From Trichosphaerium sp. ATCC 40318 (Eukaryota; Protista; Tubulinea): 64,000 nucleotides of DNA. This document shows, in pieces, positions 1 through 18,415 of the stretch. The notes below the pieces were generated by a model. That model was given only the letters and a program-made list of their open reading frames with translations. It did not search any database and was not told the origin of the DNA. Position numbers and translations under genes: made by a program. The stretch's first letter is position 1; each line of letters starts with the position of its first letter. The DNA is taken from contig JALMLS010000612.1 in NCBI GenBank assembly GCA_038496445.1, forward strand, positions 558,001 to 622,000. The letters are read 5' to 3'.

Positions 1-1112
1 CTTGCCAGTAAGCGTGGGTCTCTTCGACTACTTCAATAGCGAATTTCTAGATTCAGTGAGCATAGAAAGGCGCATGGTATTGTGTTTAAATTACCTTTGG
101 TTGAGGTTGGTTATCATACGCAAAGACATTTTGTGGTTTGCCGTCAGGGACCTTGTAGTCGCGCAAGAACTCGAATACTTGCTTCAATTTTCCTGGGTAA
201 ACCTTTTCGACATCTTCGAGCTCTAAATCTCAAACAGTGAGCAAAAACAAGAAAGGTTTTCCCGTTTTATCAATAAAACAAGAGAAAATAATGTACCGTT
301 AATTTGGCTGGCCTTTGGGTCGTTGACGTCAATGGCAATAATTTTCCAGTCAGTCTCGCCTATATTTCATTACTTTCGGGCAAGTTGCGAAAGTATTTCT
401 GCAGAATAACAAAAAAACTGCATACCTTCGTCAATCATAGCGTAAACGCCTACTACTTTGACGGCAATGGCATCGCCAGTGTTATGTTGTACGTCACCAA
501 TCTCGCAAACGTCCAAAGGATCGTTATCACCTACAGTAGCGGTAAGACAACGTAAAATCGGGAAGTAAACAGAAACATATTTTTAAAAGACTGAGCGTGG
601 CGTTGAGAACAGCAATAGTTGTGTTGCACATTTGACCTTTGCTCATGATTTGTTTTCGTTGATTGTAAGCTGATAAATTAAAGTTGTACCTTTAGCTTTA
701 GTGCCCTCATGGGTCTTGGTTGGGTCCTCCCATGTTTGTGGGATAGCACCATAGTTGAATGGGTATTTAAGGGCTACGTAGCGCAATTTTCCTTTCTATC
801 ATTGTTATTTTAGCTGTAGAGGCGTAGGGTACCTTAGTATCTTGCTTGATTGGGTTGAAAGGCTCGTCACGGCTGATCTCGAGTTTTGGTTGTGTAGTAC
901 GTGGAATCTCTACAATCATGGTGGCAACAGCATTGGCTTTGTCTAACCAGCAAGGAATATCATGGAAAGGCGAAACAACAGCTCCGTCAGCAGAAACTGA
1001 TAATACATGTCAAAACAACGCTTGTAGGGCATGGTAAGGCAGTACCGAAAAATTGTCTCCACTCTAAAGTGCCAAAGTGTCCAACAGTTGCTGTAGTGTA
1101 TTTTTGTGCCAT
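1..1112 (-). CDS. PPA1: Soluble inorganic pyrophosphatase, family I (multi-exon; 3' end runs off the window)
   Basis: Spliced translation [98 protein letters not shown], which includes the D-x-D-P-x-D PPase signature; GT-AG introns. Confidence 0.95.
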
Positions 1113-1368
1113 ATGTGGTTGTAATCGGTAATTGAGACTCGAGATAAGGTAGATTAATTAAGTCATTTTTACGCTCCTACACTTTTCGCAATTTTAAACA
1201 CAATTGTTGGTACAGTGATCGTTTTTTAAAAGGTGTCGCTGTTTTTATATCCATTTTGAGCATGTGAAACTATTAATTAGTTGAACGGTTTTCTGTAGTG
1301 AGAGAGGAACACGTGAGTTAGGTGAAAAATGTTGTTTATTTTTACTTTTTGTACTTTATTTTTCCGAT

Positions 1369-3921
1369 TTACCACCAGAAATTGCTGTCATTAAAGAAGT
1401 TATCTCTTCGTCTACCAAACGGATACATATCTTGTTGTCTAAATTGAGGTGCCCTTCTTACTTTAGGAATTGTTACACGTATATTACCTCCCTTGTCTAA
1501 AAAAATCAAAGATGTCAGCCACAACTGTTAAATTTTGGGGCATGCCAACCCAGAACGTACATGTTGCTGTTATTTCTGATGCATTGCAATCATCGGGTAC
1601 ATAATATGACTTTGTAAATGACCCAAAGCGCCCTGAACCAAGACGTAACATCAACTAAACAAAACCATTAACCAGCTGTTTTGGTGAGTCCTTTATCAGT
1701 ACCTCATCATCTTCTATGTCGTCTATATCGTACATAGATCCTTCCCTAACTTGTCTTATTTTCTGTTTCATAAGTGCTATATCACGTGGGGTAGGTCCAC
1801 GGAATCCCTACATTAAACGTCAATGAAAAACAATGCCGAAAAGAGACTCACCTTAATTACAAGTGTATCGCCCTTTTCTGTCAATGTAATTGACATATCT
1901 TCATCCGATACACCTGGTACATATCCTGTAATAACATATGCGCCTGTCTGTTCTCTAACCTAAACTCATCGTTAAAACTAAAAGTGGTCTAACTATGCAA
2001 CTTACACTGAGTTGTGGATCTAATTTCAACTTTCTCCAAACATCTTCTGTTGGCGCTTTATCTTGCTTTGCTTTTTCTGGCTCAACTTCATCAGTGTCGG
2101 GTTTATCAGCAGTTTTTTCCGCTTCAGCATCCTCCATTGGAGTATCCTCTGGTTCTCCTTGACTTTCATGCATTTCGACATCTTTATTGGCCTCTTCAGG
2201 TTCTGCAGTGTCACTACCTTCACTAGACGATGAATCAGATTCTTCTAATTGTGCTCCTAGATCATTCAATCTTTTTGTGAGACTATCAACATCTTTAAGG
2301 AGCTGTTGGATATTATTAACTTGTTTCTTTCTCAAAGGCCTAAGATTCGAGCTTCCTAGGACCAAATTAGACATAGAGCCATCTTGGTTAGGTGTGCGTA
2401 CCAACAACTTCATCAAGTTGTAGTAGATCGCGCATGAGAAATTCGGAGTAAGCCAAGCATTTCTTCTGTAATCCATCAACAATTTTTTTGCCTTCTTTAG
2501 GTTTCTTCCACAAATCTTCTATTCTCTCTTCGTTCAAGTTTTGAGTGAGATGTTCAATCTTTGCTTGAATATTTGATACATCTTCTTGTACCCTAAAAAA
2601 ATAGAAATCAAAACATAACTCGAATTGCATAGCTCAAAAAAATCACGTGATTTGTATTTTTAGCTAACCTTGTAATTTTTAAGACTTTTTCTTGTTCATC
2701 TTGTTTTTCTGCTTGCCAAGCTTGTTTATCCATACTTTCTGTGAGTTGAGTGCGCATTTTCTCTTCTTTCTCTTTTCTTTCTTTTTCTTCAATTTCTCTT
2801 TTCTTCATTTCTGCTTCCTTACGTTTCAGTGTTTCTTCGAGTTTTTTTTCAACTTCTAACCTCTCTTTGTTTTTTCGAAGCAACTATAAGCCGTGTCAGT
2901 CTCATTCTGCAGTGCATTGAAACAAGGAGTAAAGGGTTTAGTCCTAGTGACTTACCGCTAGCTCTTTACGATGTTCATCTACTATGGCCTCCTGCTTCTT
3001 ACGTTGTTCTGCTTCTTCTTGCATGATCTTAATATGGTTTTCGATGCTTTGAATGTGTCTAAAAAGGAGGTAAGTACAAATCGAAGGTAGTGTATAACTA
3101 ACCGCAAGATGGCGTTCATGTGCTTTGTATCGTGGTGACACATATCGCAACCCAGAAAACCATCAACCTTCAAAGCTACATCCTTCCAATGTGTTGTCAA
3201 TCGTGTCGCAAGATCAGCATCTTGCTTTTTTTTAAGTTCAGCTTGCTCTTCTTTCCAAGCATAGTATGCAGTAATAACATCGTCAACAACTTGTTCTGAT
3301 AAATCTGACGTGGGTGGTAAGATGGAGACACTTGATTGACACTTGTTGTACCTTCAACATAACCGTTGGCATCTTGAAATGTACTATGTACAAGATTTCG
3401 AACGAAATCAGCTGGAAAGTCTTTTGGATGTAGAAAACCCATCTGAAGCGTCCATAAGTATTCCCTTTAAATTTATTAGCGCTATAAGGCATAAAACGTC
3501 GAAGAAAAAACGACCAACCTTGATGACCCCTCGACTTGTCGTAGAGTGAGAACGTTAGGATTAGTTTTATCTAATGCTGTTCTTACCAGAGCAACAATTT
3601 CAGAAGCCTTGTTAACTCAGTTAGACGTCATTTGAGTAAAAACTCGCTTCAAGTTTTTTTTCTGTTTGAGTTTTTCGGATTTTTATTGTTTTTGGCTCAT
3701 TTTTCTTACCTCGTCCAAGTATTCTGATACATCTTCTTTAGGGAACGCCGGTTGCATCCATCCTTTGTTATACTTTACATTATTCCAAAAGTCTAAGCCG
3801 TTTAGATGATTTTGAACCGTTTTTTATGTTTACCCTCGTAAGAGTCCTTTACTGACAGTTTAGACGTTATAAACTTTGCTGGTCTTGCTCCAAGAATTTC
3901 TTGTAGCGTTGCTTTCTCCAT
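1369..3921 (-). CDS. Coiled-coil + BAG domain + HSP20/alpha-crystallin domain fusion protein (multi-exon)
   Basis: BAG-like SEFLMRDLLQLDEVVGSSNLRPLRKKQVNNIQQLLKDVD, then an acidic linker, then alpha-crystallin-like YVITGYVPGVSDEDMSITL..LVIKG..RFGSFTKSYYVPDDCNASEITATYKGGNIRVTIPK. ATG at 3921, TAA at 1369. Confidence 0.8.
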
Positions 3922-4323
3922 TTTTCAGTTTTTGTACAAGGTCAATGGTAAAAATGAAAAAAATCCTAATTTCGGCGGAATTTCAGTGAAGTTTTACTAG
4001 AAACTATGTGTTAGGATTACCAATGGATAGTAGAAGAGAACATTGGAGGTAAATTACCTGTTTTTACGTCGTTATGAATATGGTGGTAACTTAGAAAAGG
4101 AGATAAAAAAAGAAAGAAGAAGGAGATTTGATAAATACGTGTTAAAGTTCTAACTCAGTTGACTTTCTTCTATCAACTAACCAAGGAAAAATAACTATAG
4201 ATGATGTTGGGACGAAGACAAAAAGATACGTGAAAGAGATAAAAATCAGGGATTCGACGGGCACGAAATAACTCTTGTTTTTGGAAAGGTATTGTTTATT
4301 GAGACAACACGATGTGTTGGTGT

Positions 4324-4707
4324 TTACCACCACCATCCCCAGTTTTGACGTGTTGGAGGGATTTCACGTTGGAAAGCACATCTGCTCGCGGATCTAGTGC
4401 AAGTGTATACATTACGGCCTGTGGTTGCATCGATGCGCGCAAAAGAGAATGGACGGGTGAAGAGTCCAGCAGTTCCTACCCAGAGGTCGGAAGGAGTAAC
4501 AATTTCGTCTCTTCCGTAAACACAACGAATGGTTGCTTGTGCTGCGTCTGGTCCACCAAATCGGCTTTGAGTGTAGAAGACCTCAACAGCTGTAAAGGCA
4601 TTTCCGTTAAGAGTAGCTTTACAAGCTCCAGATGAAAGGTTGATAGTTGGTACTTGAGAGGCGACACATGCAAGCATGGCGAAGCATATAAGGATAGCAG
4701 CGTTCAT
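4324..4707 (-). CDS. Small secreted protein of unknown function (intronless, 127 aa)
   Basis: ATG-initiated ORF with hydrophobic signal peptide MNAAILICFAMLACVAS, four Cys in the mature part, and a C/A-rich leader like other genes here. Confidence 0.7.
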   Translation of the reverse strand: MNAAILICFAMLACVASQVPTINLSSGACKATLNGNAFTAVEVFYTQSRFGGPDAAQATIRCVYGRDEIVTPSDLWVGTAGLFTRPFSFARIDATTGRNVYTCTRSASRCAFQREIPPTRQNWGWWW

Positions 4708-6180
4708 TTTGAGTAGTTGAGAGCTGTTGTTGATCGTGTAGGATATTAAGATTATGATGAAATAACCATGTTTTCAGCAATACTCCTTTTCTCCCCAGAA
4801 AGTTACGAATAATTTTGCATTGTGTAGCAAGTTTACGACCTACATGTTATTGTGTATCCTTTTAATTGGTTTTTACATTATCTTCACCATGTTTACGAGC
4901 TTGAATACGGCGTATTGCAATGAATAATAATAACACAGGCGTGAGCACATACCTTTTGAACTATTTGGTGTTCTAGCAATTGTAAAGAAACCACATTTGT
5001 TTTTACGGAGTTTTTTTAATTGTGAGTATATAAAACGTTGGTAGGATGTGTTCGCATAGAAGGTGTACGTACAATTCACTTTAATACGGCGTAATTAATT
5101 AGTCCATATTACTACCGTCAATTGTAAGGACATGTATGGATAAAGGAATAAACTGGGCTGACCCTCTTTATACCCAACAACAATAGTATTGTTTTACTCG
5201 TAGAACAATAACTAGCAAATAAGGAATGTCCAAATTAGGGTGTACACTGCTTAAATTTGGCTAAGAATTCTTCTGAAGCGGACTCAAAGCGTGGTGGAGG
5301 TGCACTACAAGAGTAGCTATTCCTGGTTTTGGAGTGGTGCTTGTTTGTTTTAGTAAAAAAACAGCGGAGAAATAAAGTAAAAAGCAGATGTGCTTTGGAT
5401 TTCGGCACTAATCTGTTCTGTATTAGTATCCGATAAAACTAAGCTAAAATTCAGCACTACTCTTGGTATTATCTAAAGTACCAGCGGATGGTCCAATCAC
5501 ACTAAAGTAAACCAGTCTCAGCTTTTTATGGATACAGCTCATCATCTCTCCGTAATAATCACGCTGTAATTCGTACAAACAAACTTTATCTCGTTGTTCG
5601 TAACAAAAAACAAATTAGGCGTAACAAATTTTAATAAAAATCCCTGTTGACCATGACAACATCAATATCGCTACATTTGCTACCTATTCCAATAGTTCAA
5701 AAGTCGATTCACACGAAATAAAACGCAAACCGTTAAACAATCATGAAATCACGTAAACACCACGCTACTACGCGTCAATTACCGTGTGACAATGTCAGCC
5801 GGACTCAGGAGCAGGTGCTAGCAAAAAGACATACCACAAAACAAGCTAAAAGCCAAAAGGAAGACACAAATGCATGACAGAGCAGAGTACAAAGCTAAAC
5901 AAAGTTATTGATGAAGGTTGGCAGTTTGACAGCTGAGCAAATTTCCTTCCGAAATTGAGCATGTCTCGCAGCCAAACTGGGTGTTCCAATACAAATGCAG
6001 TGTTTGAGGGGTTGGTAGTAAGTCAGTGCAATAGTCTAGCGAGTGCAATCATGTCTGTCGCTGTCCAGTTTTCCGTTGAATTTGGGTTTCCCGGCCGTTG
6101 AATAGCTACAAAAGTACAACAGATAGGTTAGGTAGCTCATTTATAATATTTGTTTTACTAAGAGCCATAATCAAATTAGT

Positions 6181-11645
<5,465 letters not shown>

Positions 11646-12032
11646 GTAATTGAGGTTTAAAAAGGATGATGGTATTTGGCTAATCTTCACTGAATGTTTC
11701 TAAGGAAATTTTAAGTATGTTTTGTAAAACCGTTCGTCACTTTTTGAGAACTGTTCCAACAATATGTACAGGTACGTCGTAGATTTATATTTAAGTAGAA
11801 CTAATTTAATAATAGCGCTGACGTAGTCACTCGCATTCAAGGTACACATCCACGTGGGTCCGTTTTTGTAAAAGGAAAATGGTGGCTGGAAAAAACTAAA
11901 ACCTAGTCACTAGTTGGCGCTATACTATAATAGGCTACTCACTCTATAAGTTGATTAAAATGTGAAGAGGGTACTAGTGAGAATGGGCTCTAAAACCACG
12001 GCGAATTGTGGTAACTACCGTTCGAAGCTAGC

Positions 12033-13054
12033 TTAAAAAAGGCATTTACACTTGGAAACAATCAATTTAGTGAAAGTTGTTTTTGGTTGTAAAGTGCAAT
12101 AAGGGATTGACAAGTTGTAGCAGTGGCCACATTTAAGTGCTCCAACACGTTCTTTACAAAGAACCATTGCCGAAGGTACGGCTGGCTAACAGAGAACTAA
12201 CACATTTGTGCGTTACACTGGTATGTGCAACGTTAATATCGTGGACTCCTTTAAGTGCCATGACACCTTCATCTGTCACTGTAGTGTATGAAAGACCAAT
12301 AGTATGAACACCAGCAAGCGTTTAATTCCTTCATCTGTTACATTTGTAAATGAAAGGTAAATCTCATGAACACCTTTGAGTGCCTTGACACCTTCATCTG
12401 TTACTGAAGTATATTCCAGATTTATGGTATGCACACCACCAAGCTCTTTTATCCCTTTGTCTGTTACAATTGTGTTTCTGAGGTTAATTTCATGAACACC
12501 TGCAAGTGCTATTATTCCTTCATCTGTTACTCTTGTATAAGAGAGATCAATAGTATGAACGCCAGCAAGTACTTTAATACCTTCGCCCGTTACTGAAGTA
12601 CACTCAAGATTGATAGTATGGACACCAGCAAACGCTTTTATCCCTTCATCTGTTACAGTTGTATATGCAAGGTTAATAGCATGAGCACCTTTGAGTACCT
12701 TGACACCTTCATCTGTTATATTTTGGTACGTCTAAGGTTAATCTCATGGACACCTTTAAGTGCTATGACACCTTCTTCTGTTACATAAGTGTACGAAAGA
12801 TCAATGGTATGAACACCAGCAAATTCTTTGATAAGCTCATCGTTAAAATTACAATGTAGTATAATGTTCGTGTTTCGTAGAATACCGTTGTGTTTTACAA
12901 CATCTTTTGTATGATGAGGTCTTATTATTATTCTTTTGTATCCAATAACATAATGAATGATAGAAGCGAACAAACAACACGTGCGACAACAATCAAATCG
13001 TGCAGTTGTTTGGCGTAGAATATGTACTAATATCTCTAATGGCAACGACAACAA
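12033..13054 (-). pseudogene. F-box + ~21-aa leucine-rich-repeat protein, disrupted (paralogue of 45373-46515)
   Basis: F-box-like LSLPLEILVHIL, then about ten repeats of GVHTIDLSYTxVTDEGIKAL. No in-frame ATG upstream; frameshifts at ~12716 and ~12321; intronless. Confidence 0.8.
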
Positions 13055-13291
13055 TCTCGATTTAGTGCTATGATAGTAGAGTCGTTAGTAGTAGTGGCTA
13101 TAAATGAGACTAATTTTACCTTTCTGTGGGGGTTATGATAGGACATACTTCGTTATTCCTTTGCGTAGGCTAAACAAACTCCAACCTTTTCAAAAACTAA
13201 ACTGTATTGGTCCACGGCGTTCAGACCACAATTTTTTTTAATAATAAATGATTTCATTGAAATAGACAAATTGCTTATAAATAAACTAGCA

Positions 13292-14229
13292 ATGGCGTTG
13301 CCACGTAAAGGGGATTGGATGTGCGAGTATTGTGGTACAAATAACTTTGCTAGAAGACAGCACTGCTTTAAATGCCACAAGGGTCGCCATACCACATCAA
13401 ACAAGGTATGTATACGCGCTGTCATAAGTACTTCGACGATAATGGTGATTAGTTTAAAAACGGACCACGTCAGTTAAACGAGTCATTGAACAGGGATTGG
13501 AAGTGCCATAAGTGTTGGGATATTCAGTTCTCTTTTAGAACGCACTGCCGTAAATGTGGTACAGAGCGACGCTCAGTAGAGCAGACTCAACACTTTTTGG
13601 CAGCACAACAGCAGGTGAAGCATTGCACTACCAACCCCTTTAACGATATCTTGTAGGCTACAAATCACGGACAATTACCTAACCCCCAAGTCGATACACA
13701 CGCGTCAAGTATTTTTCAATTCATATTTCCATGGGTGAGAAGAACAACACAAGCATTTTGCAAAACTCACAATTGCTTTCAGGGAGTTTATAGTATTGGG
13801 TACTTTTTCAAAGCTCTATTTGATAGATACCCCTATATCTACATAACAAAATGCACATACGATGATGACTATTGGGCACTAAAGGATACTCCTATACACG
13901 AGCAAGGGTGGAAGTTATCACGTATGTCACAACAGAACTCTAAAAGTTGCATTAATCATATTTTTGTAAAATAAGGTATTACAGAAGGAGAAATACAGTA
14001 TAGACTCTGCAATTGGGAAGAGAGAGGAGAACAAAGAAGAGAGTATTCTGAAAGAAATTTAACTTTTAATGAGATGTTATTGTGGTCTAACACTCTAGAT
14101 AAGGGTGTACAATTGGCGTTTAGAGAAAAGTACAAACAATATTCATCCAGTTCATGGCTCAGTTTTCTGTGTTTGGCTCAAAACCTCAAACCTCTAACAT
14201 GCGCAAGCCTAGATTATAATAACAAATGA
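13292..14229 (+). CDS. Protein with two RanBP2-type zinc fingers and an unknown C-terminal region (3 introns)
   Basis: KGDWMCEYCGTNNFARRQHCFKC and RDWKCHKCWDIQFSFRTHCRKCG. GT-AG introns at ~13406, ~13614 and ~13922 keep the frame open to TGA at 14229. Confidence 0.85.
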
Positions 14230-15134
14230 CTGAAGAACTATTATAAAAACAAATCTATGTACAGTAGACGGTAGTAAGCAGAACAATAAATTTATTAGAA
14301 TAAAACATACAAACCAACAAAATCAAGAATGTCAAATCAAGTCCAATGAGAAAGCAAAGAAAATCCAAGTGTCTTAAAAGATAATAAAAGTCATAGAGAT
14401 AGATCAAAAAATATCCAATACGGTACCCCTAGCACCCTTTGATCTTCGCGTATAACATAGAACCATTACAAATTGGGGTTCTTTGTAGAGGTTAGGAAAA
14501 AATGACGTTTAAGTGTAAAAAAAAAAAGCTATGGCGATACACAGACCTTCCAGGCGTACCCTTCCGGTGGTGTACCCTTTTGCCAAGCCCAAAAAGAAAA
14601 GTAAAAATGAAAAAGCAAAGAAGGGAAATGTAAGAATAAAGAAAAATGATTGCCACTCACCCAGTACTGAGATATGCGAAAAAAAGCGATGAAGTCCATG
14701 AAAGAGCAAATATCTGCCTAGCATATCACGAACTCAGGGCAACGATTAAGCAACCAAGAATCATCAATGCGGTCTTTTGTGAGCGTCCAATACAAAGCCA
14801 ATCATCCACCGTACTACTTGAATACCTGTTTATCATTGCAAGCCACCAAAGATGCGTCCACAGTAATTAAACCACGTAAGAAATCATGGGAGTGGTGATC
14901 GTCACTTTTGGAATTCAATTACGTCGACCGTTAGTTTCCATTTTGTTGTTTGAGATGTGTTGTGCGTGCTGTAAAGTTGGTAAATTATGTAAGTTAAGTT
15001 TGTGTTTTCAAAAGCAATGAGTTCTCTTTTTATCAAGTTTATATAACATTTCAGTTAATCAAACCTTTCCACGAAATCTAAGCGAAAGCTACGCAAATTC
15101 CCAAGTAAATTTCATTGTAAAATACAAGTTCATT

Positions 15135-16705
15135 TTATTTTTTATTTGCTTCACGTTCTTCATTTTGTCTTGCGGGTAAACCAGCGGCTTTGTAAACGGA
15201 GTCAATAAAAGTCATATTAAGAATTGCATCTTTTGCGTCAGTTGGCGTTGCCGTTTCATCTCCTTTTACACGCTCAACAAACGCCCTAAGAATATCATTA
15301 ATTTAGTAATTCTATTATAACGCCTTGTACCTCAGTTGATATTCGTAAGTAGTCATGCCATCATCTGTGTACAACATTTCTGTTCTGCTTTTTCCATCCT
15401 TTTTATAAAATGTAAGCTACTGTTACAGAACCAAGCACGTGGTACCTTTGGTGTAAAAGTAATTGAGTTCTTAGCATGTGCTACAATTAAACCGCTTGCT
15501 ACAAGTGTACCATTCTCGCCCTTTACAACAACACGTCCAAACTCAGGAAACCATCTAAGAACACATCAATTTTCGTAGTCTCAGTTTAAGATTTGTACTT
15601 ATTACTAAAGAAAGTGGCAATGACCTTTCCCGTAGCACCGCTAGGAAACTTAACATCAACTTCAATGCCTTTTTCAACACCTTCTGATATCAAACCTAGG
15701 TCTTTTGCGGCAGTAACCTCTGGCTCTTCTCCAGAGAAGTAGCGAATCATATTTGATGGATAACAGCCAGCATCCATAAAAATGCCGCCTTGAACATTCG
15801 TTATAAGATGTAATTAAACAATTTCCAAAAAAAACAAGGTAACGTAGACAGTTGAAAATGAAACGCTTTTTCTTGTACCAGCTAGTGATAAATTGAATCT
15901 AATGTCATCTTTTGGAAATAGTTTACCACCAAGCCAATTAGGCATTGAGAACTCTGTTTCGATGTATTCTATTTTACCTAAGGTTGCAACTTTAGTAAAC
16001 ACCAAAGTCCAAAGTGGATTTTCTTTCGAAATTTCCTTCAAAAACTGACTCACCCAGTTCTTCTGTTATGATCTTTTTTGCGCGAAGCGCTGCTGGGTGG
16101 TATCTATAGTGAAATGCTTCTACTAAAACAAGCTTTTTTTCGTTAGCAACTGATGTCATTTGCTCGGCCTCTGATGCGTTCGAACTCATCGGTTTCTCGC
16201 AGAGAACGTGTTTACCAGCGTTTAGCGCCTACATACATTTATTGTCTGTCAGTTGGCTGTCATTTTGAATACCTTTAACGTCCATTCACAGTGCAAGGCA
16301 TTTGGTAGAGGATTGTAAACTGCGTTTATGTCATCTAACGACAACAGCTCATCATACGAGTCACAGACTACAGGGATTCTTGTAGAGGAGGTGAGCATTG
16401 CGTAGCATCGTTTGGTTTTTCGTTTTGGCGTACTTGTGTTTTGTTGCGTATTGTTTTGCCTTATTGACATCGCGAGCTGCCACAGCTACGACCACTACGT
16501 CTGGATTTCTGCTTGCTGGAGCGAGTAACGCACTTGGTGCGATGTTTGCTTATCGGTCTTTAGATGTAGTACATAGCTACGAAAACGTACCTGCACCGAG
16601 TATACCAAACTTTACAGTTGGAGAATCGACTTTTCTAACATCTGGAGATTCACGTGCTTGGGCTGCGTGTCTGTAGATCCCTCTGAAGCTTGGAAGAAAC
16701 GACAT
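15135..16705 (-). CDS. Gfo/Idh/MocA-family NAD(P)-dependent oxidoreductase (multi-exon)
   Basis: VKFGILGAANIA.., YDELL..INAVYNPLPNALHCEW, AGKHVLCEKPM, LVEAFHYRYHP, LAGGIFMDAGCY. Confidence 0.93.
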
Positions 16706-16781
16706 ATGGCCAGGTTTGGATTTCTTAAGCAAAAAAGGTTTTGTTTTGGCTTAGTTCATAAAAAACTGAGCAAGTTAACCA

Positions 16782-17664
16782 ATGGCTGAAGCTAACGGAG
16801 CATCAAAATGGGAATATAACGTCCTGCCTGGCAACCCACCATTACAATTGCTTCTACTCAAAAAAACGCTTAAATATGCCGACAGATTGACAGATGTTGG
16901 TATTGAGCGCGTAAGACAATGTCTCATAAGCTTGACTAACGTGTTTACAGTTTTTTCATGATACATTAGACACATTTGCCAATAAAGAGTTTGATTTATC
17001 GCGATACGAACAATTTCCACCAGCTCAGATCAATAGGATACTTGAAGCGTACAAATTATTTTTTTCCCGTGCAATAGGCCTAAATCTGCCTTTGGAGAGC
17101 GTGCGTAGTGTCACAGAACGAAACTATGACTTTTAGACGTTAACAATTGTTTTTTAGATAGTTGAGGATCTCACAGCCGCAGGCGTTTCTCAAGATACCA
17201 TTAAACTCATAGCAACAGTAATTTCAGCAAGAAAACCAGAAGTACTTTTCTTTGTCACTCAACTTCTAAACGCGACACTCACTCAATACCTAGATACTCA
17301 AAGCTCTCAGTGAGGACTGTAGCTCAATTTCAAACGCACATCTACAAGATTTTGACTGGAAACTTCATGTACGCTCTTAAACCAACATTAAACGAATTAA
17401 TAGTAGTAGTTATGTATGGCTACTGATAAATTAAGCACAATGAGAGAGCCTTTGCTCATTATTAAGCTCGTTGTAAAAGATGTAAATGGAAAAGACAACC
17501 CAATACTATTGGAACTCTCTACTTCAGAGCTTGATGATCTCGTATCAAAATTTGATGTCATTAATGAAGTACGCTTGTATTTTATTTTTTTTGAACGCTC
17601 GCACGTGATTATTTCGTAAAACTAACCGTCATTTCAGGAACTAAGGAAAATCCAAGTGAACTGA
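16782..17664 (+). CDS. COMMD8: COMM-domain protein, COMMD8-like (5 introns)
   Basis: C-terminal COMM domain HLQDFDWKLH..MATDKLSTMREPLLIIKL..LLELSTSELDDLVSKF. The subfamily call rests on recalled similarity. Confidence 0.75.
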
Positions 17665-18415
17665 GACTGTCAAAAAAATTTTCTCGAACTTTTTTCTTTT
17701 TTTTACGTATCTCCCTTCTAGTCGACTTGTATCTTAGCAAAACAAATAAAACACACCTTAGACGCCTGGGTATATTAATATCGACGTGTATACGCTTGCT
17801 ACGGCTAAAATGGAGAAAAAAAATATGATTGATGTTTGAAATTTTAAAACGGTTAGCTTGTTGATCTAGTACGCTATTGGATACAAGGAAAATACTCTTT
17901 ATCTAAACCAAGACATTTTATGTATTTCTTTGGTTTTACGAGCTATTTGAAGATAGATTTTTGCTGCTACAATCGAAATTCTTTAGAATTCAGATTTAAG
18001 GTACTGAGTGATTGGGGCTATGCATACTCGAGACTGATAGTTATGGTAAGCGGCAATTCAACCTACTAATTTTTAAACACCTCCAGAGCATCTGTGGAGA
18101 GTTAGCGACGCGCATTAGACGAACAGCGACTACGACACTTTTAAAGTTTTTGGCTGTCAATCACAAAAAAAACTGTTGAAGTTTTCACTTAACGCTGTCG
18201 GGTTACCCGACCTTTACAGTAAATGATTTCACAACATAGAAGTACGTACATATGTACAGTTTAGAAAACATGCCTACGTGGCAACAGATTGAAAGACACA
18301 GGGTTGGAAAAGGTACCTTTTAAGTTTGCCAAAAATCAATCAAATTGATCCATTTTTTAAAAACTCATTAACCATCAACAACAACTCTCTCATAATAACC
18401 TCAAGTTACCCTTAA

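Noticed and set aside
12200-12830. 63-bp periodic repeats resembling a CRISPR array or satellite
   Set aside because: Variation is codon-structured and translates to LRRs; there is no repeat-spacer alternation.
14538-14552. GGAAGGTCTGTG on the minus strand resembles RNase P RNA conserved region I
   Set aside because: No downstream CR-V partner (..CAGAC..) to close P4; the sequence is better read as an exon end plus a gtctgt donor.
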